Part shown: piece after piece, positions 39,980 through 51,920 of the stretch
Numbering within the stretch: position 1 is the first letter of the stretch
How the letters are laid out: every line of letters begins with the position of its first letter
Assembly: GCF_963921235.1 (NCBI RefSeq)
Contig: NC_086108.1
Span: 21,886,001 to 21,950,000, forward strand
DNA: 64,000 bases
Origin: Mobula hypostoma
Taxonomy: Eukaryota
Direction: 5' to 3'
Notes under the pieces: model-generated
What the model saw: the letters and a program-made list of their open reading frames with translations, nothing else
Told to the model about the DNA's origin: nothing
The model's database searches: none
Made by a program: the position numbers and the translations under genes

Positions 39980-40612
39980 GCATGAGAAAGTCTGCAGATA
40001 CTGGAAATCCAATGCAACGCACACAAAGTGGCAGAGGAAGTCATCAGGTCAGGTAGCACCTATGGAAATGAATAAGCAGTCAATGTTGCTGACCGAGACC
40101 CTTCTTCAGGACTGTAAAGGAAAGGGGAAAACGGCAAAATAAAAAAAAAGTGAGTGGGAGTGAGGGAAGGTGATAGGTGAAATCAGATGGATGGGAAAGT
40201 TGAAGGACCAGAGAAGAAAGAATCTGATAGGAGAGGAGGGTGGACCATAGGATAAAGGGAAAGAGGAGGGGACCCAAGGGGGGAGTGATAGGCAGGAGAG
40301 AAGAGGTAAAAGTCCTGATTGGGGGAAAAGAAGTGGGGAGAGGGTGGGATTTTTTTCTACCAGAAGGAGAAATCAATATTCATACCATCAGGTTGGAGGC
40401 CACCCAGATGGAATATAAGGTGTTGCTCCTCCACTCTGAGGATGGCCTCATCTCAGCACAAGAGGAGGCTATGGACCATCATATCAGAACAGGAATGAGA
40501 ACTAAAATATTTGGCCACCAGAAAGTTCCACATTTGGCGGATTGAGCGGGGATGCTCAGTGAAGTGGTCCCCCAATTTTTGATGGATCTCACCAATGTAG
40601 AGGAGGCCGTGA
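39980..40612 (-). mobile_element. PLE 3' fragment
   Basis: LLYIGEIHQKLGDHFTEHPRSIRQ (GIY-YIG) on the minus strand, plus the shared 3' UTR block. Confidence 0.75.
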
Positions 40613-41730
40613 GGAAAAGAGGCAAATGTTCTTTGAGAGATTAGGTGAAATATGAAAGACCTTTCTGGTTTCATGTTACCATCGACTTGCCAAATCAAGA
40701 TTAAGTATGAGCTGGAAGTCATTGTCCTTGCTCAGTAATTAAGACGAAATGTTACGTAACACAATCCCAGAAAAATAACTGTACCATTGATCATGCCATC
40801 TTAATAAAAGTGTTAAATAAAAGGTAGGTTGCAAATATTTTAAACACTTGTATAATGGCGATATGCACAGATGAAAAGCTTTGTCATTCTGCAATGAGCA
40901 ATCAATGTAATGCAACGAAGTGGCATTTCAGAACATTTGCATAAATATTTTTAGTTATGGACATCAACTTTTCTGTTAGCATTACGTGCTTGTGTGGAAG
41001 TTTAATAGTTATGCAATGAGGAAGATGGTAGTTATCGAATCAGCTAGTACATAATGAATTGGTATAATTTCATAGTGAAACTTCTAACAGGATTTCAAGA
41101 ACATTATTCATTTTTTTCTGCTTGAATCCACAGATTTTGACTTATAGGGGCTAGATACAGTTGAGCTATTTTACTCTGGTTGTGGATGAATGGGTTTTCT
41201 GAAATGGGAAAATCTGCTGCATTGAAGCCTGGTACTTGATGTACATTATTTGAATATGGCCTGTTTGACTTGTTTTGTTGGTCAGAAGTGACTTGTAAGG
41301 CTGGGCCAAGTAGGTTACAGTGGGATGAAATCAAGCACTCAGTTGTGGTTGGGCAGGCCTTTGAAGTTATCTTTTCAGTGGGTGTTGACTGCCTCCTTAT
41401 CTTTGTTCATCTTCCCATTGGGTCCTCAAGGTAATTCGGGTCATGGGTGGCATTGACAGTGCCAAAAAACCACACCGAAAGTGGCTCTTGGTGAATTGCT
41501 GAGCCTCTGTCCATCAATTGTTAGATTGAGGATTTTCTCCAGGACTTTATCTTTCAGGTGCTTATATTAATGTTCCTTTTCTCTTGATGAATGGTGGAGC
41601 TAATTGGTGGATCTAAAATGGTGGATCCAGATGCACTTTGTTTGTGGTTTACTAGTTTCTTGGTCTTATGGTCACTCTCATTGGACCATTCCTTGTACTT
41701 CCTCATAGAAGAGGCCAAGAGACTCTACAT

Positions 41731-41810
41731 CAGGGGCTTCCAACCTTTTTTATGCTATGGACCCTTGCCATTAACCAAGGGTTCTGTGGACCCTGGGTTG
41801 GAAACCGCTG
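41731..41810. mobile_element. 80 bp hAT/Charlie-type MITE
   Basis: Terminal inverted repeats CAGGGGCTTCCAACC / GGTTGGAAACCGCTG. The flanks ctctacat / ctttacag form a degenerate 8 bp TSD. Confidence 0.7.
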
Positions 41811-43982
41811 CTTTACAGTTACTGATTATAGTGACCTATTTTTTGTGGTTCCAACTCAAATTGTTTCCACAAATACCACATAACTTGACGAGTTTTCCAG
41901 CATTTGTTGCTCTTAGCATCTACAGATATATCTTTGATTTTGATAAGTTGCCTTTGAAACACTGCCTCAGATGAGCTACCTTTTGAGGAGTGCTTGAGAG
42001 CTTCAACATTGATTTTCTTGCACAACACTTCTGTTGGTGTTCATGGTTGAGGACATGGTTGATGGAGATGATAGAGCAGATTAGGTTATAGATGGTCTAA
42101 CTGTTACTGGTTCCTGTCATGGTGCGTGTGATGTCTGGCAGTCCTTCATGTATTGTAATCACTGCCTGTGTCATGATTCTGGTTGTTGCTATGTGGCTTT
42201 GCTTTTGTCCCTTCAATGGAATAGAATGTTCATTATGACTGGATTGTTCTTCAAGCAATTTCTCATCCTTAAAAGAAAGGAGACAATCTCCCAAAACAAA
42301 AGCAATAAGGAAGTTGAAGTTGACCAGGAGGATCAGTATGTCTTTCTTTTCGATGCTGACCATGTTTCTCTTCAAGTTTGAGGTGAAATTCTTCCTGCCA
42401 GGATCAGAGAACAACTCAGCCCAACCATCGACCATTGGAATTACACACTTTCCAAATTATTTCCTACAAATTATATTCTTTGAAATATTTTATTTTAATC
42501 ATCAGGCTTGATAGATAGGATATTATAAAATCAGGTCAAGCAGTATCAGTGGAAAGGGAGACGATAGAGCTTCATGCTGGTGATCTTTCATTGAGTGTTT
42601 TCAGGAAGTTCTGTTTTAATTTACATTTCAAGCCACAATGTTATTTTGTTTTTGACTGACCCAATCATCATGAGTGAGAACAGCATTATCACTGAATGCA
42701 GTTTTTGTTTGTAAAGGTATGTACCATATGTTAGTCTCTTGATCCACATTTAAGGTGGAACTTACGCTCTGATGCTACTATAGTGGTGTTACTCGTTTTT
42801 TTTTATTATATTCATTAAAGGGGTGTGGGCTGAGCCAGCATTTAATGGAGATACAAGAGAGTACATATTGCAAGGATGGGAGCTGCAATCAGTGTACTGG
42901 AGGAACTCAGTGGGTCAAGAAGGAGTCTGAATTTAGCATTGCTGGTGGATAAATCAGCTCTGGGAAGTTAGGAGATAAGATACATGCCAAAAAGTTTATA
43001 TCTGAATGTACTTGACACTTGTTATTTCATGGGGAATCAAACTACGGATAATTTATATTGTTGCAGGAGAATGCCATTCAATTGCTCTCAACTATTCCAC
43101 CATTTCACTAAATTATACCTGAACTATGGTTTAATCACATATACCAACATTGGTTTCATTTTTCGTCTGAATCTTGAAATACACAATCAAACCAGCTGAA
43201 AATTTCATTGGGATAGAGTTTACGATTTCCACTTTGTGTGGAGAAGTGCTTCATGACCTCTGTATTGAACATCCCTTCTCCCATTTCAAGATTATGTCCC
43301 TTGTTCTGGACAGCTCAGTTATAAAATCAAACACGGCAATTGTTATAGTAGGCTGCATGGCCCAGAGAATCTTTTGCTGACTCTTTGTGCAGCAATTGAG
43401 TTAAGTCCTGTTTCTCTGATGCTTATCTGTAAATATCTAATTCTTTTTCAAAAGGTAGTAATTGAACCACCATCCACCGCACTTTCAGATTGCACCTTTC
43501 TGCTTATTCAGCAAGTGTGCATGCACAAATTGAATAAATCTGGAAAATGGATGTTGTTCAACCCCATGCATCATGATTGCTGAATATCTTCAAGCATCCT
43601 TTTAAATGTGAAAGGAGCAATTCATAACAATTTTAATTTTGATGTTTTCTTTCATGTAAGATTTGTATCTTTTGCTGATTACTCTAAATCCATTGGTCCT
43701 TGATCGTTTGCTGAATGCTTTAAGTCCAGAGAAACTAAGAACGATATCATCTGAACACCTACAACACATTACTTAGATTCCTCTGCTCCTAGGATAACAA
43801 TCCATGTTCTCACATCTATCATAAATGTAATCCCTTATCCCAGGAAATATACTTGTAAATCCCCCATAGGGCCTCTTTATCCTCAAGAGTGTTGAGGTGA
43901 GTGGATTTGGATGGAATGACTTTAAGGGTGATTTATTTCTTTTCTCCTCATTATATCTGCCAGATATTTTAATCATCTAAAA

Positions 43983-44179
43983 CGGGTCCCTAACCTTTGG
44001 CGCACCGCGGACCAGTTTAATATTGCCGATAATCTTGCAGACCGGCCAACCGGGAGGAGGGGGAGGTGTTCAAGTTCAACAGTGCGTGACAGGGAATGAG
44101 GAAATGTGCAGCTGACTCATATTGTTTCATATCGCCAAATCATATTGTTTCCTCGCGGTCCGGTAGTTGGGGACCACTG
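43983..44179. mobile_element. hAT/Charlie-type MITE with perfect 8 bp TSD
   Basis: TSD 'atctaaaa' at 43975-43982 and 44180-44187. Termini are cgggtccctaac / gttggggaccactg. Confidence 0.78.
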
Positions 44180-44364
44180 ATCTAAAACATAATTATGTTA
44201 ACCCTTATTTATTGTTGCATACTCAGTAGGATGTATACCTATCCTATATAAATTCCATTCACAGTTAACACTTTTAGCCCACGTATTATTGAGAATTTTG
44301 TGATTACACACTTTCCAAGATTATGATCCCTTTTCTCAATGAGTGGTATGCAAATAGCCTCTGA

Positions 44365-44855
44365 CAATCAAGTTCAGCTCCTGGCCTTCACGTGTGAGCC
44401 CAGTGGAGCTATTTCTACTGACAGGCAAAAGGGTGAAGGCTGGTTACTGGCACCTTAAAACCAGTTACTTTGGGCAGTTGGGCCTCTTCAGCTGTGGGAG
44501 GCAGCTCATCTAGGAGAAGAAAGAGTCTGATCTCAAACGTCTGCTGCCTTGTGGCTATGTCCACTGACGATGAAGGCTATGGGAGTAAACCCCGCGGGGA
44601 AATAATCCGGAGCTGGAGTCCATATGACAGTCCTGTGTTGAGTTCAACAATGACTGGCAACTCCTGTGACGCCACTGGTTCCAAACTGTGTCGGTCTCTG
44701 CAGCTCCTTTGGATTCATCAGCTGCGTGAAGAGGGGAACCTGCTACATGGGCAATAGTTTGCTTTCCATATTGTATTGCTCTGGCTTGCGTGTCATGTTG
44801 ACAACTGGGATGCAATATCCATGATTGATCCTGACCAACAAGAGTCTCAATGGTG
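44365..44855 (+). repeat. Interspersed repeat, copy 1 (possibly RTE-derived non-autonomous retroelement)
   Basis: Colinear with 47395-47930 ('ggcaccttaaaaccagt', 'gactggcaactcctgtga', 'tttggattcatcagctgc'). Confidence 0.6.
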
Positions 44856-44859
44856 TGCA

Positions 44860-45545
44860 ATATCTCATCCAGGGGGTCAGTGTGGACATGGTGAAGGATT
44901 ACAAATACCTGGGGATATGAATTGACAATAAACTGGACTGGTCAAAGAACACTGAGGCTGTCTACAAGAAGGGTCAGAGCCGTCTCTATTTCCTGAGGAG
45001 ACTGAGGTCCTTTAACAACTGCCGGACGATGCTGAGGAAGTTCTACGAGTCTGTGGTGGCCAGTGCTATCTTGTTTGCTGTTATGTGCTGGGGCAGCAGG
45101 CTGAGGGTAGCAGACACCAACAGAATCAACAAACTCATTGGTAAGGCCAGTGATGTTGTGGGGATGGAACTGGACTCTCTCACGGTGGTGTCTGAAAAGA
45201 GGATGCTGTCCAGGTTGCATGCCATCTTGGTCAATGTCTCCCATCCACTACATAATATACTGGTTGGGCACAGGAGTACATTCAGCCAGAGACTCATTCC
45301 ACCGAGATGCAACACAGAGCGTCATAGGAAGTCATTCCTGCCTATGGCCATCAAACTTTACAACTCCTGTCTTGGAGGGTCAGATACCTTGAGCCAATAG
45401 GCTGGTCCTGGACTTATTTCCTGGCATAATTTACATATTACTATTTTAACTATTTATGGTTCTATTACTATTTATTATTTATGGTGCAACTGTAACGAAA
45501 ACCAATTTCCCCTGGGATCAATAAAGTATGACTATCACTATGAAT
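44860..45545 (+). mobile_element. Rex1/Babar-type LINE 3' end (second subfamily)
   Basis: YKYLG...KKGQSRLYFLRRLRSF, FYESVVASAIL and RHRKSFLP.AIKLYN, with tail 'caataaagtatgactatcactatg'. Confidence 0.8.
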
Positions 45546-46349
45546 GATGTGATAATGCACAATTTAAATTTATTTAGCCTTCAGTATGTAAGTGTGATGA
45601 TTTAATGTTTCTCTCCATATAGAATTTTCAAAATTAAACTTGTAAACATGATTAATAATAGTGAAAGTGCTAAGTAAATATAGGTTTTGTTTTGTACATT
45701 CAAACCAGCGAAGTAATATTAAATTTCTATAATGAAATGGCACATTCTTAACAGTGTGGAGGAACAGAGGGATCTTGGGGTTTACACCTATAGATCCCTC
45801 AAAGTTGCAGTGCAAGTGATCGGGAGGTTAAGAAGGTGTATGGTGTGTTGGCCTTCATTAGCCAGGGGATTGAGTTCAACAGCCACAAAGTAATGTTGCA
45901 GCTGTATAAAACTCTGGTTAGACCCCATTCCGAGTATTGTAATCAGTTCTGGTCTGATTAGTGGGGATTGCACTTCAAATGTGCTCAGAAATCTGTACAT
46001 CTGCAGCATTTATTCATCTCTTTGCCTTCTAGGTTCCATGGGGAAACATGATACTATATGCCAGTTTTTTTGGCTACCAGTTCAGCTTTTGCCAGTTTCT
46101 TTGTTCTTGTATAATTTTCAATTTTGCACTGTTTAGAAGATATTTAAATGGATCTTTCTGAGGTTCAAAATAGATGCTGTTGCATTTTTTCTGCATTGAC
46201 TTCTCCCATCAATCAACTTGCTTTTGCAGCTTTCTGCATCCTTCCAAGCAATTTGCAGTGCCCCTTAAGTGTTAACAACTTATTTGGATATAGAAGCAGA
46301 GTATTCTACCTGAATTATAAAGAAGGCAAGACAGCGGCTATACTTTGAG

Positions 46350-46938
46350 TTTGAAGAGATTTGGTATGTCAACAAATACACTCAGAAACTTCTATAGATA
46401 TACCATGGAGAGCATTCTGACAGGCTGCATCACTGTCTGATATTTGGGGGGGGGGGTTACTGCACAGGACTGTAAGAAGCTGCAGAGGATTGTAAATTTA
46501 GTCAGCTCCATCTTGGGAACTAGCCTACAAAGTACCCAGGACATCTTCAGGGAGCGGTGTCTCAGAAAGGCAGCATCCATTATTAAGAACCTCCAGCACC
46601 CAGGGCATGCCCTTTTCTCACTGTTACCATCAGGTAGGGGGTACAGAAGCCTGAAGGCACACACTCATCGGTTCAGGAACAGCTTCTTCCCCTCTGCCAT
46701 CTGATTCCTAATGAACATTGAACCTTTGGACACTACCTCACTTTTTTAAAATATATAGTATTTCTGTTTTTGCATGATTTTTAATCTATTCAATATACAT
46801 ATACTGTATAAAGTATACTAAATAAGATTTATTTATTATTATTTTTCTTCTATATTATGTATTGCATTGAACTGCTGCTACTAAGTTAACAAATTTCCCA
46901 TCACATGCCGGTGATAATAAACCTGATTCTGATTCTGA
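46350..46938 (+). mobile_element. Rex1/Babar-type LINE 3' end, uninterrupted
   Basis: LKRFGMS...ESILTGCITV...RFRNSFFPSAI, with a (TGATTC)n tail. Confidence 0.82.
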
Positions 46939-47394
46939 GTCTCACGTGAGTTTACCATGCATTGGGATGAAGTCTCTTTGAAAAGTGATCATTGCATTCT
47001 TAGCCTCTGATCATTCATTTCTTCATAACTATAATTTTAAAAAATCACTGATTAATTAGCTGGGTTACAGTATGTGCACAATATCCCTATGCAAACATCT
47101 CAGAGTGACAGGACAAGCCAGCAAGCCAGGAATTGATGGGCAGAAGCAGTGGCTCAGTTACAGGAGTTGCTGAAGACAACCCCTCAGTGAAGCCCACTTA
47201 CTAGCATAACTCATCTACTGTTGGCAAGGCTGTAGTTGCGTATCCAAAAAATTATATTTCCTTGTGTTCTCTCTGTGTTCAATTTTGCCATTTTTAGATT
47301 GAATATTAGTTTTACATCCTCGTTCCTAAGGCTGGCGAAGTTGGTTGGGGGGGGGGGATGGGTGGAGCATGGGGATGAGCTCCCTCTATCTGTT

Positions 47395-47930
47395 AAATGC
47401 TCCTAATGGCGTACACCTCCTGGACAACAGAGTCCATCTCTTGGCTTTCTTTTGCGGCTAAGCCTGGTGGAACTGTTTCTACTGACCGGAGAAGAGGCAA
47501 GGCAGGCAACTGGCACCTTAAACCAGTCACTTTAGGCTGATGGGGCTCCTCAGTTGTGGTGCAGGAGGAAGAAAACTCTAATCTCAAACCTTCACTGCCT
47601 TGCGGCTATACCTGCTCATGGGGAAGGCTTCGGAAGTAAAGCCCAAGGAAAAATTTGGAGCAGAAGTTCCTAAGGTAGTCCTACATTGAGTTCAGCACTG
47701 ACTGGCAACTCCTGTGATGTCGCTTCTGCCAAACTGTATCGGCCTCTGCCATTCTTTTGGATTCATCAGCTGCTTGGAGAGAAGGAACCTACTGCATGGG
47801 CAACAGTTTTCTTTCCATATTTTACTGCCCTGGCTTGCATATTGATTAGTGTATTGATTTCGAAGCAGTTGGCTAGGATGTAACATCCTTGGTCGACCCT
47901 GACCAACGGAGGACCATTTTATATCCTTAT
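47395..47930 (+). repeat. Interspersed repeat, copy 2
   Basis: Homologous to 44365-44855. Confidence 0.6.
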
Positions 47931-48084
47931 AGAGTTCCATAACCTTGCACTATCTGTGTCATTGTTAAATCTGGTGAAGCGTTGGATCCTTGGGATAGAC
48001 TTGGATTACTTGGAATGCCACGAATGATATCTTTCCAAATGTCATACACTGTATATATCTGTACTTTAATTTTTTCTACAGTTC

Positions 48085-49440
48085 TTTAAAGTTACATGTG
48101 CTGTGGATAAAGGGGAATTGATGGATGCAATGAACCTAGATTTCCAGAAGACATTCTATAAATATGTTTTCATCAGAGATTGTTCGGAAAGCCAAAGTTC
48201 ATGCTGTGGGAGGTAAAATATCTATCTGAATAATGAGTAATTGGCAACAGAAAGTTGGTATTTATGGATCTTACTCAGTTGGTGAGCTGCAATGTGACAG
48301 ATTGATGCCGAGTTGTCAACTTTCAGCAAATTATAATAAAGACTTGGATTAAGCCACTGAAGATATGGTTTCTAAATTTGCTGATGGCACAGAAATAGGA
48401 AAGTAATTGTAAAGAAGGCATGAGGAATCTTGAAAGGAGTTTAGATAGATTGAGTGCATGGGCCAAGATTTGACAAATGGAGGATAATGTGGATAAATAT
48501 AAGATTATTCAGTTTGGCAGTAAAAGGAAAAGTACAAGAAATTCTGCAGATGCTGGAAATTCAAAGCAATACACACAAAATGTTGGAGGAACTCGGTAAG
48601 GCAGGCAGCATCTGTAGCAATGAATAAACATTCAACGTTTCAGTTGAGACCTGAAGAAGGTCTCGGCCCGAAATGTCAACTGTTGGTTCATTTCCATAGA
48701 TGTTGCCTAAGCTACTGAGTTGCTCCAGCATTTGTGAAAATAAAAACGAACATGTTATCTGAATGGTCGTACATTGTAGAGCTCTGAAATACAGGCATAT
48801 CTGAATACCCTGGTATATGATTGGCAAACATAAAGTGATTAGGAAAGCTAACAAAATGTTATTGTTTATTGCAGGGGGATTTCATTGCAAAATTTGTGTG
48901 TTTATGATGCAGTTATGGGCAATGGTGCAATTCATTCTGGAGTACTGTCAATAGCGTTTCCCTCTTAACCGAAGAATGTCAATGAATTGGAAGCAGAACA
49001 AAGAAAGTTTACTGGGCCTCCAGTGGGTGGATTACCTGATCAGATGAGGTTGAGTGGGGTAGGCTTGTACTGCTGAATGTTAGTAAAATGAAAGAAAAGA
49101 ATTGAAGCACAAAAATCTATGATGGATATGGAGATGATACTTCTTGTGGAAAATTCTTGACCTATTGTGCTTAAAATTAAGGGTCACGTATTTAAGATGG
49201 ACAAGGTGAAATCTTTTTTCTCTTTGAGGATCCTGCATCTTTGAAAAATTCTTCCTCAAAGGGTTGGTGGAAGCAGAGACTTTGAATATTTTTAAGACAG
49301 AATTAGATTGATTCATGCTAAGTAAGGGAGTGGATGATTATTAAGGGTAGGGGGATATGGAGTTGCGATTGCAGCCAGATCAACTGTGGTCTATTGAACG
49401 ATGGAGCGGTTTGAATGAGCTGAGTGACCATCTCCTGTTT
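48085..49440 (+). mobile_element. Decayed CR1 LINE, interrupted by a PLE-derived palindrome at ~48533-48737
   Basis: VDKGE..D...LDFQKTF, SKFADGT and a CR1-type 3' end. The insert is centred on gagacct-gaaga-aggtctc. Confidence 0.65.
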
Positions 49441-49644
49441 GTATATACTGAAGAATTTCCTATTTATTTGTGTTGAATACTGCATTTGAATTTTTCTTGT
49501 TATTTTCCTGTTTGTAGCTTTTTGAAGTATCTTTTGTATGTTTATCTTGGCATCATCTATTGACAACCTTGTACTCGTAAATAGACGGTTTGGTGTGATG
49601 TATAAATTTCTGCCATTTTCAATGAAGTGACACCATAAGTTTAT

Positions 49645-49998
49645 TGTGGAAGTCGAATCCTGATAAAGTCACTCATACGGCATAAGTACAAACTCTTTAT
49701 TCAAAGCCTCCGGGGCACTTCAGTTAGTCGCTCAAACAGGAACAGTCTGTTCCTGCTCGGTCCACCGACTAACTGGCAGTTTCTCTTGCAGGAGAGATAT
49801 AGATGTTCAGATACCCCCACACAAGACAGGCTGGAACCAGACTTATCTATGTGCATGACAGTACCAAGGAGCTTGAAATACTGTCTAACTCCAAGAAGAA
49901 ATGTGGCTCAGCATGGCTTAGCACATCTGTTGATCATCAGCAGGTTCTTACAGAAAAACAGGCTGCTATTCTTTAACTGACCGTGTTAACCCTTTACA
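49645..49998 (-). mobile_element. Probable solo LTR
   Basis: On the minus strand it reads TGTAAAG...TTCCACA, with AATAAA ~50 nt before the 3' end. I see no clean TSD. Confidence 0.45.
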
Positions 49999-50139
49999 TA
50001 CTTTATCATTATGGTCCCCTTCTAGTATCCTTAAGAGACTGTTTTTTCCTCAACATATATGCTTATAGGCTTATTTTGTCCAACATCTTGTTGTCTGCCT
50101 GCAGGACATACCCATGCAACTGTAGGAGATACAGCACAC

Positions 50140-50850
50140 TAATATGCTGGAGAAACACAGCAGGTCAAGCAGAATCTATGGAGGGTGATAAGAAATGAAC
50201 AGTCATTGTTTCAGGCCAAGACCCTTCATCAGGAATAGAATAAAAGAACGCAGAAAGAATAAAAGGTTGGGGTAGTGGGAAGCTCCCTAGTGAGGTGGGA
50301 GGGTGCAGAAGTGGGAATGATGTCAGAAACTGGGAAATGATGGGTGGAAGAGACAAATGGCTGAACAAAATGGAATCTGATAGGAGAGGACTGCAGACTA
50401 TGGAATAAAGGGAAGGAGATGGGGAAACAGTGAGAGGAATGTGTGGGTAATGGGCAGGTTGGAAAGGTGGGGGAGGGAAAAGAGAAGGGATTAAAGAGCC
50501 AGTGGGATAAGAGAAAACAAAGGGGAAGGTGGAGACAGAGAGGAATGATTATTGTATGTTAGAGAAGTTGGTGTTGATGCCAATAGGTTGGAGACTATAA
50601 AGGATGAATATGAGATGTTGTTCTTCTCTCTATGTCTGGCTTTAACTTAACAGTAGAGGAGTTTGTGGACAGACATGTCCGTGTAGGAATGGGAAGTGGA
50701 ATTAAAATGGTGGGCTAGAGGAAGATTATGGGTGTTAAGATGGGTGGAGCAAAGAAAGCTGAGCACGGTCTACTTTGGGTCTCAATGACGTGGATGGAGG
50801 CTGGACTTGGGAGTACTGGAGGGAATAAATGACATTGATATGCAAGAGAT
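50140..50850 (-). mobile_element. PLE 3' fragment
   Basis: Shared 3' UTR block ('gtttcaggccaagacccttcatcagg') and decayed GIY-YIG sequence. Confidence 0.65.
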
Positions 50851-51920
50851 GCAACACTAGTTTTTTTTACCTCTTCCCTTCCCATTGTCCAGGGGTCCAA
50901 ATAGTTTTCTTTGATAAAATAATGATCAATTTGTACCTCTTCCATTTTGGTAAACTACATTCAGTGCAGTTGTCTCTGTGATAGAGAAATTGGACACTGA
51001 TAGAGTGACTACTTTGACAAATCATAAATATAAGATTCTGCAGATGCTGGAGATCCAGAGCCACACACACACGTAATACTGTGAAGGAACTCAGCAGGTC
51101 AGGCAGCATCTATGGCAAGGAATACACAGTCAATGTTTTGGGCCAAGATCTTAATCAGAAGTGGAAATGAAGGGGGAAGAAATCAGAATAAGCAGTTGGG
51201 GAGAGGACAAGGAGTACAAGCTGGAAGGTGATAGGTGGGAAAGGACTGAAAAAGAAGGAATCTGGTAGCAGGGGAGAGTGGACCATGGGGAAAAGAGAAG
51301 GAGGAGGCGCACCAGAAAGAGGTGATAGGCATGTAAAGAGTAGGTAAGGGTAAGATGGGTATTAGAATGGGGAATGGAAAAAGAGAGAAAGGAAAAGGGG
51401 AGAAATGACTGGCATTTAGAGAAATCAGTGTTAATGCCATCAGGTTGGAGGCTACCATACAGAATATGAGGTGTTGGTCCTCCACCTTAGAGTGGCCTCA
51501 TTGTGGCAGTAGAGGAGGCCATGGACTGACATGTTGGAATGGAAATAGCAAGTAAAAATAAAATGGGTGGCCATTGGGAAATCCTGCACCTTGTAGCAAA
51601 TGGAGCGACGGTGTTTGATGAAGCAGACACTCAATCAGGTGTCACTGCAACATAGGAGGCCAGACTGGGAGCACTGGATACAGTAGACTTGCAGGGGGCC
51701 TGTTGCCTCACGTGGAAGGACCATTTGGGACCCTGAATAATGGTGAGGGAGGAGGTGAAAGGGTAGGTATAGCACTTATCCGACTGCCAGAAGCAAGATC
51801 AGTAGAGAGGAATGAGCGGATAAGGGAGTCACAGAGAGGGTGATCCCTGTGGAAAGCAGAGATGGGGAGAGAAGGAAAGGTATGCTTAGTGGTAGGATCC
51901 CATTGAAGATAGTTCACAAG

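Noticed and set aside
41591..42435. Cluster of 65-127 aa ORFs
   Set aside because: One crosses a hAT MITE, and none has recognisable protein motifs or exon-like boundaries.
5564..46938. Idea that the Rex1-like 3' copies at 5564 and 46350 share one 5' breakpoint (a SINE-like family)
   Set aside because: The 46350 copy extends further 5' (LKRFGMS), so the truncation points differ.
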